Positions 7,953 through 17,300 of a stretch of 32,000 nucleotides of DNA are shown here, piece after piece (within the stretch, counting starts at the first letter, position 1; each line of letters begins with the position of its first letter). Source of the DNA: Delftia acidovorans NBRC 14950 (GTDB lineage: Bacteria; Pseudomonadota; Gammaproteobacteria; Burkholderiales; Burkholderiaceae_C); the NCBI RefSeq assembly GCF_001598795.1, contig NZ_BCZP01000035.1, positions 1-32,000 of the forward strand. The letters run 5' to 3'. Below the pieces are notes generated by a model, which did not search any database, was not told the origin of the DNA, and saw only the letters and a program-made list of their open reading frames with translations. The translations under genes were made by a program, and so were the position numbers.

Positions 7953-7984
7953 GGTGCAGACGGTGTGTACGGCGTGTACGACGC

Positions 7985-9220
7985 CTAGGCAGTGAACACC
8001 GTCAACACCCCGGCGAAGCGGTGCAGGCGGGCGTCCATGATCTCGGCTTCGGCGACGAAGCCGATCAATGGCACATCGCCCAGTGCGTGGCGCAGGGTGC
8101 GCAGTTCGGCATCGGGGCCGCCGAACAGGCCGCCGCCGCGGCCCCGGCAACTGATGTAGATGGCGCCACGGATGCGGGGCTGTGCCTCGCCTTCGGGCGC
8201 CGCCTCCTCGGGCTCCGCCGCATCGCGCAGCGCAGCGCCCAGTTGCAGCAGTTCCTGGCGCGCGACCTGGGCCTGGCGGCGGCAGAAGATCACCGAATGC
8301 CCGGCCTCCACGGCCGATGACAGGGCCACGCCCTGGCGCAGCGGGTCCAGCCCGACCAGGGTCAGCACCTGGGCCTCTTCGGTGAGCACGCCGTGGGCCA
8401 TGCCCCGGCCCGGCGGCGCAATGGCCGCCAGCGTGCTGCGCACCGTGGTCAGCGCGGGCTGCCAGTCGCTGCCTTCCAGCTCCACGCCCAGCAGTTGCAG
8501 CAGGCGCTGCAAGGCCGGATCGCCATTGAGCCCGGTGACCAGGGCGCCGCGCGCCTCGGTGATCTCCAGGCCCTCGCCCAGCGGCACGCAGCCCTGGGCC
8601 ATGCCCGTGATGCAGGGCACGCCCGCACCGAAGGCCACGCCCGAGAAGCCTCCGCTAAAAATGCCGCGCGCATCCGCATGCTGCGCATGCAGGTCCTCGG
8701 TGCGGCAGGCGATCTGCACGCCCTCCACGCCATCGTCCCCGTCATCGCCCACGCCGCCGAACAGCAGGCCGGACTCGGTGCGCTCGGACAGCTCGTACAG
8801 CAACTCGGCCAGCTCGGGCTGGCCGCCTCCGGCATGGACCAGGGCCGAATGGGCCGTGAACCCGGCCTCGCCGCCCGGCGCATGCAAGGGCGCCAGGCCC
8901 GAATACAGGCGGTAGTGCGCCGCCGGCACATCGAGCAGCATCACCGCGAGCGCGGAACCGGACAGGTATTCATGGGACATGGCCAGCACGCCACCGGCCG
9001 AGCAGCCAGCCCAGTCCGCCACATGGGGCAAGGCCCTGGCCAGATGCTGCAGCAGCGGCCTTGCATGGGCGGCATGCGCGTGGGACAGGTACACCAGGCC
9101 CAGTCGGGGCCGCTGCGCGTGGCCCGGATCGGCCATCTGCGAGCGCAGTTGCAGCAGCACCGCATCGGCCGCGGCGCGCCAGTCGGAATGGCTGGCATGG
9201 CCTACAGGAAACAACGACAT
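7985..9220 (-). CDS. FIST (FIST_N + FIST_C) domain sensory protein.
   Basis: 411 aa with ATG start and GAAGG Shine-Dalgarno. The size and the C-terminal LIGFVAEAEI....H.FAGVLTVF resemble the FIST_C ending (GF...GEI...h.qT.vl..f). No transmembrane segments. Confidence 0.75.
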   Translation of the reverse strand: MSLFPVGHASHSDWRAAADAVLLQLRSQMADPGHAQRPRLGLVYLSHAHAAHARPLLQHLARALPHVADWAGCSAGGVLAMSHEYLSGSALAVMLLDVPAAHYRLYSGLAPLHAPGGEAGFTAHSALVHAGGGQPELAELLYELSERTESGLLFGGVGDDGDDGVEGVQIACRTEDLHAQHADARGIFSGGFSGVAFGAGVPCITGMAQGCVPLGEGLEITEARGALVTGLNGDPALQRLLQLLGVELEGSDWQPALTTVRSTLAAIAPPGRGMAHGVLTEEAQVLTLVGLDPLRQGVALSSAVEAGHSVIFCRRQAQVARQELLQLGAALRDAAEPEEAAPEGEAQPRIRGAIYISCRGRGGGLFGGPDAELRTLRHALGDVPLIGFVAEAEIMDARLHRFAGVLTVFTA

Positions 9221-9296
9221 TCCAACCTTCTTTCTAGCCCTGCCAGCGCCCGGCTTGCGGAGGGCTCTAGACCATCCATGGGTGCCGCCGTCCCGC

Positions 9297-10244
9297 TCAG
9301 CGCGGTGGCCGGCTCTTGGCCGGCGCCTTGCCTGCGGCCGGTGCCTTGGCTGTTGTCTTTGCGGTGGTCTTTGCCGCCGTCTTCCTGGCCGCTGCCTTGG
9401 CTGGCGCTTTCGGTGGGGCTTTGGCTGGCGCTTTCGCAGGCGCCTTGGCGGCTCCGGCCGGGGCCTTGGCCGCCGGTGCAGCCGCCTTGCCTGCCTGCGC
9501 GGCGAAGGCGCCAGCCTGGGCCGTCATGCGGTCCATGGCGGCCTTGGCGATGTCGCCGGCCATGCCGGTGGCGCGCTGTGCGGCAGCCACGGCCTCGGGG
9601 GCCATGGGCTCGGCCATGGCCTTGGCGGCGATCTGCTGGAATTGCTGGGTCAGTGCGCCCCACCATTGCATGGCCTGACCCATGGCGGCGGCCTGGACCG
9701 GCTCGTCCTTGGGCGCAGAAGCTTCAGGGCCTGAGGCCTTGCTGCCGGCATCCGTGGATGCAGCAGCTGCAGGCGGCTCGGCAGGGGGCTGTGCGGGCGC
9801 GGCCTGCGGCTTTTCCTGCTTGCCGGCCTTGCCGGCGGAGGACATGGGCCAGTCCGAGTGGTCGGACTGCCCCGCGCTGGCGGCGCCTTTGCCCGCAGTG
9901 GCTGCAGCAGCGGTGGCGGCTGCAGCGGCGGGGAACTGGAAGGCCTGCGCCAGTTCACCCATGCTGACGTTCATGCCCTGCAGGGTGGACAGCGTCATGC
10001 GCTGCACTTCCAGGGCCTGGATGGTGGCGGCCAGCGCCTTGCCATTTTGATCCAGCCAGAACTGCACGGCCTTGAGTTCGGTGATGCGCTTGTCCACCTC
10101 CTCGATGCTCACCGTGGGCGCCACCCATTCGGGCAGGCGCCCCAGGGGCCGGGCCGTGGCCGATCCCGCGCTCTGGGCCAGGCCCTGCAGGAAGTCGAAA
10201 CCGGGGATGAACTTGCCGAAACCGAAGGAGGACGCGTCACTCAT
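9297..10244 (-). CDS. PhaM-like PHA-granule-associated protein with a C-terminal Ala/Lys/Pro-rich histone-H1-like tail.
   Basis: I prefer the internal ATG at 10244 (MSDASSFGFGKFIPGFDFLQGL...). The core, WVAPTVSIEEVDKRITELKAVQFWLDQNGKALAATIQALEVQRMTLSTLQGMN, matches my memory of the PhaM family. The tail is AKAPAGAAKAPAKAPAKAPPKAPAKAAARKTAAKTTAKTTAKAPAAGKAPAK. The longer track ORF (start 10376) would run through a strong hairpin. Confidence 0.6.
   Translation of the reverse strand: MSDASSFGFGKFIPGFDFLQGLAQSAGSATARPLGRLPEWVAPTVSIEEVDKRITELKAVQFWLDQNGKALAATIQALEVQRMTLSTLQGMNVSMGELAQAFQFPAAAAATAAAATAGKGAASAGQSDHSDWPMSSAGKAGKQEKPQAAPAQPPAEPPAAAASTDAGSKASGPEASAPKDEPVQAAAMGQAMQWWGALTQQFQQIAAKAMAEPMAPEAVAAAQRATGMAGDIAKAAMDRMTAQAGAFAAQAGKAAAPAAKAPAGAAKAPAKAPAKAPPKAPAKAAARKTAAKTTAKTTAKAPAAGKAPAKSRPPR
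9300..9473 (-). repeat. Low-complexity coding repeat (AKAP/AKTT units) encoding the lysine-rich tail.
   Basis: Short imperfect direct repeats (ggcgctttcg / ggctttggct / ggcgccttgg) are visible on the plus strand. They translate on the minus strand to repeated (A/P)AKAP and AKTT units. Confidence 0.7.
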
Positions 10245-10272
10245 GGCAGCACTCGCTAGGACTGGGTTGGAA

Positions 10273-10304
10273 GAGCATGCCGGCGAAGGATGCCGGCCAT
10301 GCTC
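10273..10304 (-). terminator. Strong GC hairpin downstream of the PCu(A)C gene, a possible terminator or transcript-stabilising element.
   Basis: GAGCATGCCGGC gaaggat GCCGGCcATGCTC: a 12-bp stem with one bulge. The U-tract on the minus strand is poor (TTCC), so intrinsic termination is uncertain. Confidence 0.35.
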
Positions 10305-10386
10305 CCAGCTTAACCCAGGCACACGCCAAGTCCACGGCAAGTCATGCGCATGCGGCTGCGCACAAACCCGGTGCAATGGCGCCGGC

Positions 10387-10899
10387 TCAGTGCGAATGGC
10401 CTGCGTGGCCGCCGCCGTGGCCCGCTGCCGGGGCAGCCGCCGCGCCGGGCGCCATCGCGCGCACGGGGACCTGCAGGCTCAGGCGCGAGGTTTCGCCCTT
10501 GGCATCCTTGAACACCAGGGTGATGGGCACCTGGCTGTCCTTGAGCAGCGGGCTCTTGAGCTGCTGCAGCATGACGTGGTAGCCGCCGGGCTTCAGGTCC
10601 ACGGCCACGCCCTTGGGCAGGTCCAGGCCGTCGATGGCGCGCATGCGCATCACATCGCCTTCCATCTTCATTTCATGCACCTCGGCCACGCCGGCGGCGG
10701 GCGACTCCACACCCACCAGGCGCAGCGGCTCCTCGGCCGTCAGGCGCATGAAGGCGCCCGTGGCCTGCTGGCCCGGCACGCTGGCACGCGCCCAGGCGGC
10801 GTCGGCCTTGACGTGGGCCGCATCGGCATGGGCATGGGCCAGCCCCATGGACAGGGAGGCGGCGATCAGGAAAGGGGTGGTCCATTGACGCAGTGTCAT
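10387..10899 (-). CDS. Periplasmic copper chaperone PCu(A)C (DUF461) with a His-rich C-terminal tail.
   Basis: Start at the internal ATG 10899, with GGAGA 8 nt upstream. Signal peptide MTLRQWTTPFLIAASLSMGLAHA. The core GAFMRL....L.GVESPAAGVAEVHEMKMEGDVMRMR...L.LPKG..V.LKPGGYHVML carries the H(M)X10MX21HXM-type copper motif. The tail is AAGHGGGHAGHSH. Confidence 0.85.
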   Translation of the reverse strand: MTLRQWTTPFLIAASLSMGLAHAHADAAHVKADAAWARASVPGQQATGAFMRLTAEEPLRLVGVESPAAGVAEVHEMKMEGDVMRMRAIDGLDLPKGVAVDLKPGGYHVMLQQLKSPLLKDSQVPITLVFKDAKGETSRLSLQVPVRAMAPGAAAAPAAGHGGGHAGHSH

Positions 10900-10995
10900 C
10901 ACGGTTTCTCCAGAAAATTCAATACGTTGCAGCACGGTCTGTGTGCCTTGCAAAAACAAAAGCCAAGCGAAAGAGGCAGGGATTGAAATGGGGAG

Positions 10996-11355
10996 TCACC
11001 GGGGCGGGGCGCGGGCCTGCGGCAAGGCCGGCATGGCCACGCTGTGGACGGAGGCCGGGTGCGCCCGTGGCTGCGCATCTGCCATCAGCGGTGCCGGGGC
11101 CGCACTGCACCGGGCGGGCGGCGGCGCCAGCGGGGGCAGGCACAGCGGGCAGTCGATGCCGTGGCTTCCGGCAAGGGCATTGTCCTGACCGGCCGGCGAT
11201 GGCACCCAGACCGATTCGCCAGCGGCCGAGCACAGGCGCTCCCAGCCCGAGGCACGCGCCAGCGGCGCAAACGCCGATGCCAGCGCCACGCACAGCCACA
11301 GCCCCAGCACCCAGCGGGCGCAGGCAGCCAAGGTGGAGGGCAGGCGAAGCGGCAT
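10996..11355 (-). CDS. DUF2946-family small secreted/membrane protein, copper-associated and often paired with PCu(A)C.
   Basis: 119 aa. N-terminal hydrophobic segment WVLGLWLCVALASAFAPLA. Conserved-looking LCSAAG and HGIDCPLC motifs. It lies immediately upstream of PCu(A)C, which is the usual DUF2946 context as I recall it. Confidence 0.65.
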   Translation of the reverse strand: MPLRLPSTLAACARWVLGLWLCVALASAFAPLARASGWERLCSAAGESVWVPSPAGQDNALAGSHGIDCPLCLPPLAPPPARCSAAPAPLMADAQPRAHPASVHSVAMPALPQARAPPR

Positions 11356-11474
11356 GGCGCCATTCTAGGGGTCTGCCCCAGTCGTCATCTCCGGGACCGC
11401 GCCATGCCCTGCCCGCCCCTACCATCACAGGCGCGCACCCTCGCCTTCACCACAAACAACCCAAGGAGACACCC

Positions 11475-12137
11475 ATGCTCACCCTGTGCGGATTCGCGGC
11501 CAGCAACTACTACAACAAGGTCAAGCTGGCCCTGCTGGAAAAGCAGCTGCCCTTCAACGAGGAACTGGACTGGCTGGGCGAGACCGACATGGCACTGTCG
11601 CCGCTGGGCAAGGTGCCGTACCTGCGCATCGACGACGGCCGGGGCCTGTGCGAGTCGGCCGCCATGGTCGAGTACGTGGAGACGCTGTCGCCCTCCCCTT
11701 CCCTGCTGCCGGCCGACGCCTTCGAGGCCGCCAAGGTGCGCGAGCTGTGCGTGTACCTGGACCTGCACCTGGAGCTGGTGGCGCGCATCCTCTACCCGCA
11801 GGCCTTCTTCGGCGGCCAGGTCAGCGACTCCACCCGGGAGCGCACGCTGGCCCAGCTCGACAAGAACGTGGCGGCCTTCGCCAAACTCGCGCGTTTCTCA
11901 CCCTTTGTGGCGGGCGACAGCTTCACGCTGGCCGACTGCTGCGCCATCGTCCACCTGCCCCTGGTCAGCGCAGCCAGCAAGATCGTTGGCGGGCGCGACG
12001 TGCTGGCCGACCTGCCCGTGCGCGAGTACCTGGCGCGCATGGCCGAGCGGCCCACGGTGCAGCAGGTCAATGCCGACCGCAAGACCAATACGGCGCTGAT
12101 GATGTCCCGCTACGCCAGCGACAAGACTCCGGCCTGA
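11475..12137 (+). CDS. Glutathione S-transferase family protein.
   Basis: ATG at 11475 preceded by AAGGAGA (11463-11469). MLTLCGFAASNYYNKVKLALLEKQLPF..E......SPLGKVPYL....GLCESAAMVEYV shows a thioredoxin-like GST N-domain followed by a helical C-domain. Only the last 220 codons of track ORF 10893-12137 are used. Confidence 0.88.
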   Translation: MLTLCGFAASNYYNKVKLALLEKQLPFNEELDWLGETDMALSPLGKVPYLRIDDGRGLCESAAMVEYVETLSPSPSLLPADAFEAAKVRELCVYLDLHLELVARILYPQAFFGGQVSDSTRERTLAQLDKNVAAFAKLARFSPFVAGDSFTLADCCAIVHLPLVSAASKIVGGRDVLADLPVREYLARMAERPTVQQVNADRKTNTALMMSRYASDKTPA

Positions 12138-12155
12138 GCCGCCGCCCTGCCCGCC

Positions 12156-14321
12156 TCAGTCCTGCAGCCAGCGCAGCAGCCCGCTGGCGCGCTGCGTGGG
12201 GCTGCCAACGGCCGAGGCCAGCAGGCCCGGCACCTCGGAGAACAGCGAGAAGGCCTGGCGGGCGCGCGTGATGCCGGTGTAGACCAGCTCGCGCCCCAGC
12301 ACGCTGCCGCCGCGCGAGGGCAGCACCAGGGCCGTGTGCTCGAACTCCGAGCCCTGGCTCTTGTGCACCGTCATGGCGAAGGCGGTCTCCACATGGGCCA
12401 GGCGGCTGACACCGACCGAGCGCAGCTCGTCACCCTGCAGGAAGTACACGCGCAGCGGCTGCCCGGGCCCACCCTGCGGGGCCCCCTGTGCCCCGCCCTG
12501 CGACCCACCCGGCAGCGCAATGCCGATGTCACCGTTGAACACGCCCAGCTGCGCATCGTTGCGCGTGACCATGACGGGCCGGCCCGCATACCATTCGCCG
12601 CTGCGGCGGATCGCGCCCTGCGCTTCCAGGGCCTGCTCCACCGCCCGGTTGAGGCCGGACACGCCCCAGTCCCCCTCGCGCACGGCGCACAGCAGCCGGA
12701 AGCGCTCGAAGGCCTGCAGCACATCGACCACCCAGGCCCGGTGCGCGGCCTCGTAGCCGCCGTCCGCAGCCGGCCTGTTTTGCAGCGCCCTGGCATACAG
12801 CGCATAGCTGGCCAGGCCGCCGCGCCCGCGCACGGCCAGTTCGGTCACGGCCTGCACGCCGCCGCCCTGGCGCTCCCAGAGTTCGGAGTGCGTACCGCCT
12901 TGCGTGCCGGCATCGAGCAAGGCCTGGGCCTGCGCGGCATGGCCGGCATTCACGGCGCGCGCCAACTGGCCGATGGGGCCACCGAAGCGCCGGCTTTCGC
13001 GCAGCATGACGGTGTGCTGCGCAAGAGCCGGCGGCCGGTCGCCTGCCGGCGCCGCGAACTGCGGCGGCACCGCCTGGCCGGCCACGCGCAGCGCATAGTC
13101 CAGCGTGTCCGGCAGGTAGCGTCCGGCCTGGGCATCGCGGCACAGGTCGCCCAGCACGGCGCCCGCCTCCACCGATGCCAGCTGGTCCTTGTCGCCCAGC
13201 AGCACCAGGCGGGCGCCGGACGGCAGTGCCTCCAGCAGCGCCGCCATCATCTCAAGGTGGACCATGGAGGCCTCATCGACGATGAGCACGTCCACGTCCA
13301 GCTGCCGGCCCGCATGGAATCCCCAGTGCCGTGTATCGGGCCGCGCGCCCAGCATGGAGTGCAGGGTGCGCGCCGCACCCATGCGCTGCACCAGGCCCGC
13401 CAGGTCGATCTCGCCGCCCATGCTGCCCTGCAATTGCAGCAAGGCCCCGTCGATCGATTGCTTCAGGCGCGCAGCCGCCTTGCCCGTGGGCGCGGCCAGG
13501 GCCACGCGCAGCTGGCCGGCGTCGGGCGCCGTGGCAAACAGCAGGGCCAGCAGCCGCGCCGCGGTATAGGTCTTGCCGGTGCCGGGGCCGCCCGTGATCA
13601 CCGACAGCCGGCCGCGCAGCGCCAGCGCGCAGGCCAGCTTCTGCCAGTCCACGGGGCTGCCTTCCGCCGCAGGCGGGAACAGGCGGTCCAGCCAGTGGCG
13701 GGCCAGGGCTTCGTCCAGCGGCTGGCCGGCCACGGCCTGCGCCGCCGTGCGCTGGATGACATGGGTGGCCACGGCGCGCTCGTAGTCCCAGTAGCGGCGC
13801 AGGTACAGCAGCGGCGCGGGGCCGTCGGCACCGGCCAGCACCAAGGGCTGGCCAAGGTCCTCGCCGCCATCCTGGCCAGCGTCGCCGACCACGCGCACCA
13901 CGGGGCTGGCACCCAGCGCCGCCACCCAGCCGGACAGGCGCGCGGGCAGCATCTGCCACAGGGCCTGCTGCGCGGGCAGCGCCTCGGCGGGCCAGGCCAG
14001 CACGTCGTTGGGATTGCCGGCCAGCGGTGCCATGGGCAGGCAGCTGTGGCCGCGCCCCTCCATCTGCGCCAGCAGCGCGGCGGCCACCAGCAAGGCGGGC
14101 CCGGCCTGCGCATCCTGCCCGGCGACGAAGGAGGCCAGCGCCGCATCCAGGCGCCGCAGCAGGCCGGCATCGGCCCAGCGGCGCAGCAGGGCCAGCACTT
14201 CATTGGTGTCTGGCGGCACGGCGCCCAGCGAGTCGTCGCCCGGCGGTTCGTCGCCCGGCCGTTCGTCGAACAGGTCCAGCGTGGCCGTATCGACGGTCCG
14301 CGAACGGGGGCGCGGGCTCAT
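12156..14321 (-). CDS. recD: Exodeoxyribonuclease V alpha subunit RecD.
   Basis: 721 aa. Walker A ITGGPGTGKTYT, DVLIVDEASMV, LLGDKDQLASVEAG, and C-terminal AMTVHKSQGSEF..V. The ATG overlaps the recB stop (ATGA at 14318-14321), and AGGAG Shine-Dalgarno lies upstream. Confidence 0.95.
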   Translation of the reverse strand: MSPRPRSRTVDTATLDLFDERPGDEPPGDDSLGAVPPDTNEVLALLRRWADAGLLRRLDAALASFVAGQDAQAGPALLVAAALLAQMEGRGHSCLPMAPLAGNPNDVLAWPAEALPAQQALWQMLPARLSGWVAALGASPVVRVVGDAGQDGGEDLGQPLVLAGADGPAPLLYLRRYWDYERAVATHVIQRTAAQAVAGQPLDEALARHWLDRLFPPAAEGSPVDWQKLACALALRGRLSVITGGPGTGKTYTAARLLALLFATAPDAGQLRVALAAPTGKAAARLKQSIDGALLQLQGSMGGEIDLAGLVQRMGAARTLHSMLGARPDTRHWGFHAGRQLDVDVLIVDEASMVHLEMMAALLEALPSGARLVLLGDKDQLASVEAGAVLGDLCRDAQAGRYLPDTLDYALRVAGQAVPPQFAAPAGDRPPALAQHTVMLRESRRFGGPIGQLARAVNAGHAAQAQALLDAGTQGGTHSELWERQGGGVQAVTELAVRGRGGLASYALYARALQNRPAADGGYEAAHRAWVVDVLQAFERFRLLCAVREGDWGVSGLNRAVEQALEAQGAIRRSGEWYAGRPVMVTRNDAQLGVFNGDIGIALPGGSQGGAQGAPQGGPGQPLRVYFLQGDELRSVGVSRLAHVETAFAMTVHKSQGSEFEHTALVLPSRGGSVLGRELVYTGITRARQAFSLFSEVPGLLASAVGSPTQRASGLLRWLQD

Positions 14322-17300
14322 GGCGGCTCCTGCATATCGGCGCGGCCGGGGCCGAGCAGTTCATCGAGCGCATCGAGCAGGGGCAGCTCGGGCGCCATGG
14401 CATGCATGCCACCGGCCGGGCCATCGATGCCGCGCAGAAAGTAGTACAGCGCGCCGCCCAGCTGGCGCTGCGGCTCGTAGGCCGTGCCCAGGCGGCTGCG
14501 CAGCAGCCGGTGCAGGGCCAGCAGGTAGAGCGCGGCCTGCACGTCGTAGCGGTGGTGAAGCATGGCGCGGGCCAGGGCCTCCTGGCCGTAGGCGGCGCCG
14601 TCCGGGCCCAGGTGGTTGCTCTTGTAGTCAAGCACCCAGTAGCGGCCCTCGTGGCAGAACACCAGGTCGGCAAAGCCCATGAGCATGCCGTGCAGCGAGC
14701 GCTGGGGCAGCGCGGGCCGCTCCTGCCCCGGCAGGATGAAGCGCCGGCACAGTTGGTCGATGCGCTCGGCCGGCAGCTGGCGCGCGGGCAGCCAGAACTC
14801 CATCTCGGACAGTTGCGGGCCCAGCGTGGCCAGCGTGACATCGAGCGGCGCCAGCGGCTGGTGGACCACGGCCGTGAGCCAGGCCAGCAGGTCGCGCGCC
14901 TGCTCGCCCCGGCCCGCGCGCTCGCAGCGGCGCACCAGGCGATCAGCGAGCGCACCCTGACCGTCCACGGGCAGGGCAAAGTCTTCGCCGCCCAGCCATT
15001 CAAGCTGGTCGTGCACGAAGTTGCCGACCACGGGGCCGCGCAGAAAGCGGTGCCAGACCGCAGGCCCAGCGGCCGGTCCATCCTGCAGGGACTGCAGGCC
15101 CGCCAGGCCGGCGATGTCCGCCAGTTCCGGCGATGGGGGCGGCTCCAGCGCCTGCTCATCCTCGGCCGGGCGCTGCACGGCCACGGGCAGCACGGGCAGG
15201 CTGGGCGCGGCCATGGCGCGCACCAGGGCCGAGAAGCTGCCGATGCCCCAGCGGGTGTCGAAGCGCGCGTCGTAGGCCGGGGCATCGTGCAGCGGCGTGG
15301 CGCCGGCCGGGGGCTGCCAGCGCGTGCGCTGCAGTGGTACGGCATCCAGGTCGCGCCAGGCCATGTGCGGGTCTTCGCCGCACAGCTGCTGCAGGCCGTC
15401 GCGCCAGCCCTGGGCCGAGCGCGGCTCGGTGCCGCCCAGCAGGTAGCCGGCTGCGCCCTGCTCATTCACGCAGGCCTTGCCGTTGCCGCGCTTGAGCGGG
15501 GCCAGGCCCAGCCACAGCGCATGGCGCGGGCGGGTGAGCGCCACGTAGAACAGGCGCAGGTCCTCGCGCAGCCGCTCGCGGTCGGCCTGGGCCAGCTCCT
15601 CGTCGCTGAAGTCCAGCAGCAATCGGCGGGCCGGAGCCGCATCGTCTTGCGACTCGTCCTGCGCGGACAGGGTCAGGAACGGCGTTCTGGCCCGTTCCAT
15701 GGGGCGGAAGCTGCCCGCAAACGGCAGGCAGACCAGCGGGTATTCCAGGCCCTTGCTCTTGTGCACGGTGACGAGCTTGACCAGGTCGGCATCGCTTTCC
15801 AGGCGCACCACCTGCTCCTCGCTGCCGCTGCCCGGCGTCTCGATCTGGGTGGCCAGCCAGCGGATCAGGGCCTGCTCGCCCTCCAGCTGGGCGCTGGCGG
15901 TCTGCAGCAGCTCGGCCAGATGCAGGTAGTTGGTCAGGCGCCGCTCGCCGCCCATGGCCGGGTCCTGCAGCCAGCGTACGGGCAGGTCCAGCCGGTACAG
16001 GGTCTGGCGCAGCATGGCCAGCACGCCCAGGCGCAGCCAGATGCTGTGCAGTTCGCGAAGCTGCTCGCTGCGCACGTCAAAGGCTTCCTCGTCGGCGGCC
16101 AGCCAGGCCAGCTCATCCAGCGACAGGCCGATGAGCCGCGTGGCCAGGCCCGCGCGCACGGCCTGGGCATCCAGCGGCGCGGCGACGGCGCGCAGCCAGT
16201 ACAGCAGGTCATGGGCCTCGTCGCTGGCGAACACCGAATCCTGGTCCGACAGGTAGACCGAGGCCACGGCGCGCGCCTGCAGCTCGCGGCGCACGGCGGC
16301 CGCCTCTCGGCCCGTGCGCACCAGCACGGCGATGTCGGCAGGCCGCAGGCGCACAAGGCGGCCATCGGGCTGCACAAAGCCGGCCTGCGGGTCGGCCAGC
16401 CACTGCACGATCTGCTCGGCGCAATGGGCCGCAAAGCGGCGCCGCACCTCGTCGGCCGACAAAGGCAGGGGAATGCCGGTGTCCTCGTCGCTGCCCGCAC
16501 TCCAGGCCACGGTGAGGGCGGGCATGGCGCCGTCGCGCGTGTGCAGCAGCTCGCGCCGGCCCTGGGCAGCCACGGGCTCGAACGGCAGCGGGTTGTGGCT
16601 GCCGCGCCGAAACATGAAGGCGCCCTCGCCCGGCCGCTGCTCGGCCTGCGCGAACCAATGGTTGACGGCGCCCACCAGTGCCTGGGTGGATCGGTAGTTG
16701 GTGCCCAGCACGTAGTGGCGGCCCTCGGTGGCGCGGCGCGCCTGCAGGTAGCTGTGGATGTCGGCGCCGCGAAAGCCGTAGATGGACTGCTTGGGGTCGC
16801 CGATCAGCAGCAGGGCGCTGTGCGGGTCGTTGGCCGCCGTGCGGTAGATCTGGTCGAACAGGCGGTACTGCAGCGGCGAGGTGTCCTGGAATTCATCGAT
16901 CAGCGCCACCGGGTACTGGGCCAGGATGCGCTCGCGCAGCACGGCGCCGTTGTCGCCGGCCAGGGCCGTGTCCAGGCGCTGCAGCATGTCGGCAAAGCCG
17001 AAGCTGCCGGCCTGGCGCTTGAGGTGGGCCAGCCGCTGCGCCACGCGCGCGGCCGCATGCAGGCGCACGGCCACGCTGACGGGCGGCAATTGCTCCAGTT
17101 GCACCAGCAGCGCCTGCAGCTCGTCCAGCTCCAGCGGCATGAGCACATCGCCAGCCGATCCCTTGAAGGCCTCGGCCAGACCCTCGGGGCTGAGGCGGTG
17201 GCGCGCTGCCTCGGTCAGCGCCAGCGGGCCGTCCAGCGGGGCGCGCGACCAGTCGGCCAGGGCGGCCAGCCAGCCGGTGTAGCGCGCGGGCTGCAGCTTG

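Noticed and set aside
7953-7984. The GTGTACGGCGTGTACG motif between the convergent dadA and FIST genes as a bidirectional terminator.
   Set aside because: It is a direct repeat (GTGTACG twice), not an inverted repeat. No stable stem or U-tract can be drawn.
10893-11474. A 194-codon N-terminal extension of the GST ORF (track ORF 10893-12137), together with overlapping ORFs 11044-12099 and 11486-12271.
   Set aside because: The extension is Ala/Pro/Arg-rich and overlaps the DUF2946 gene on the other strand. A perfect AAGGAGA-n5-ATG at 11475 starts the canonical GST fold.
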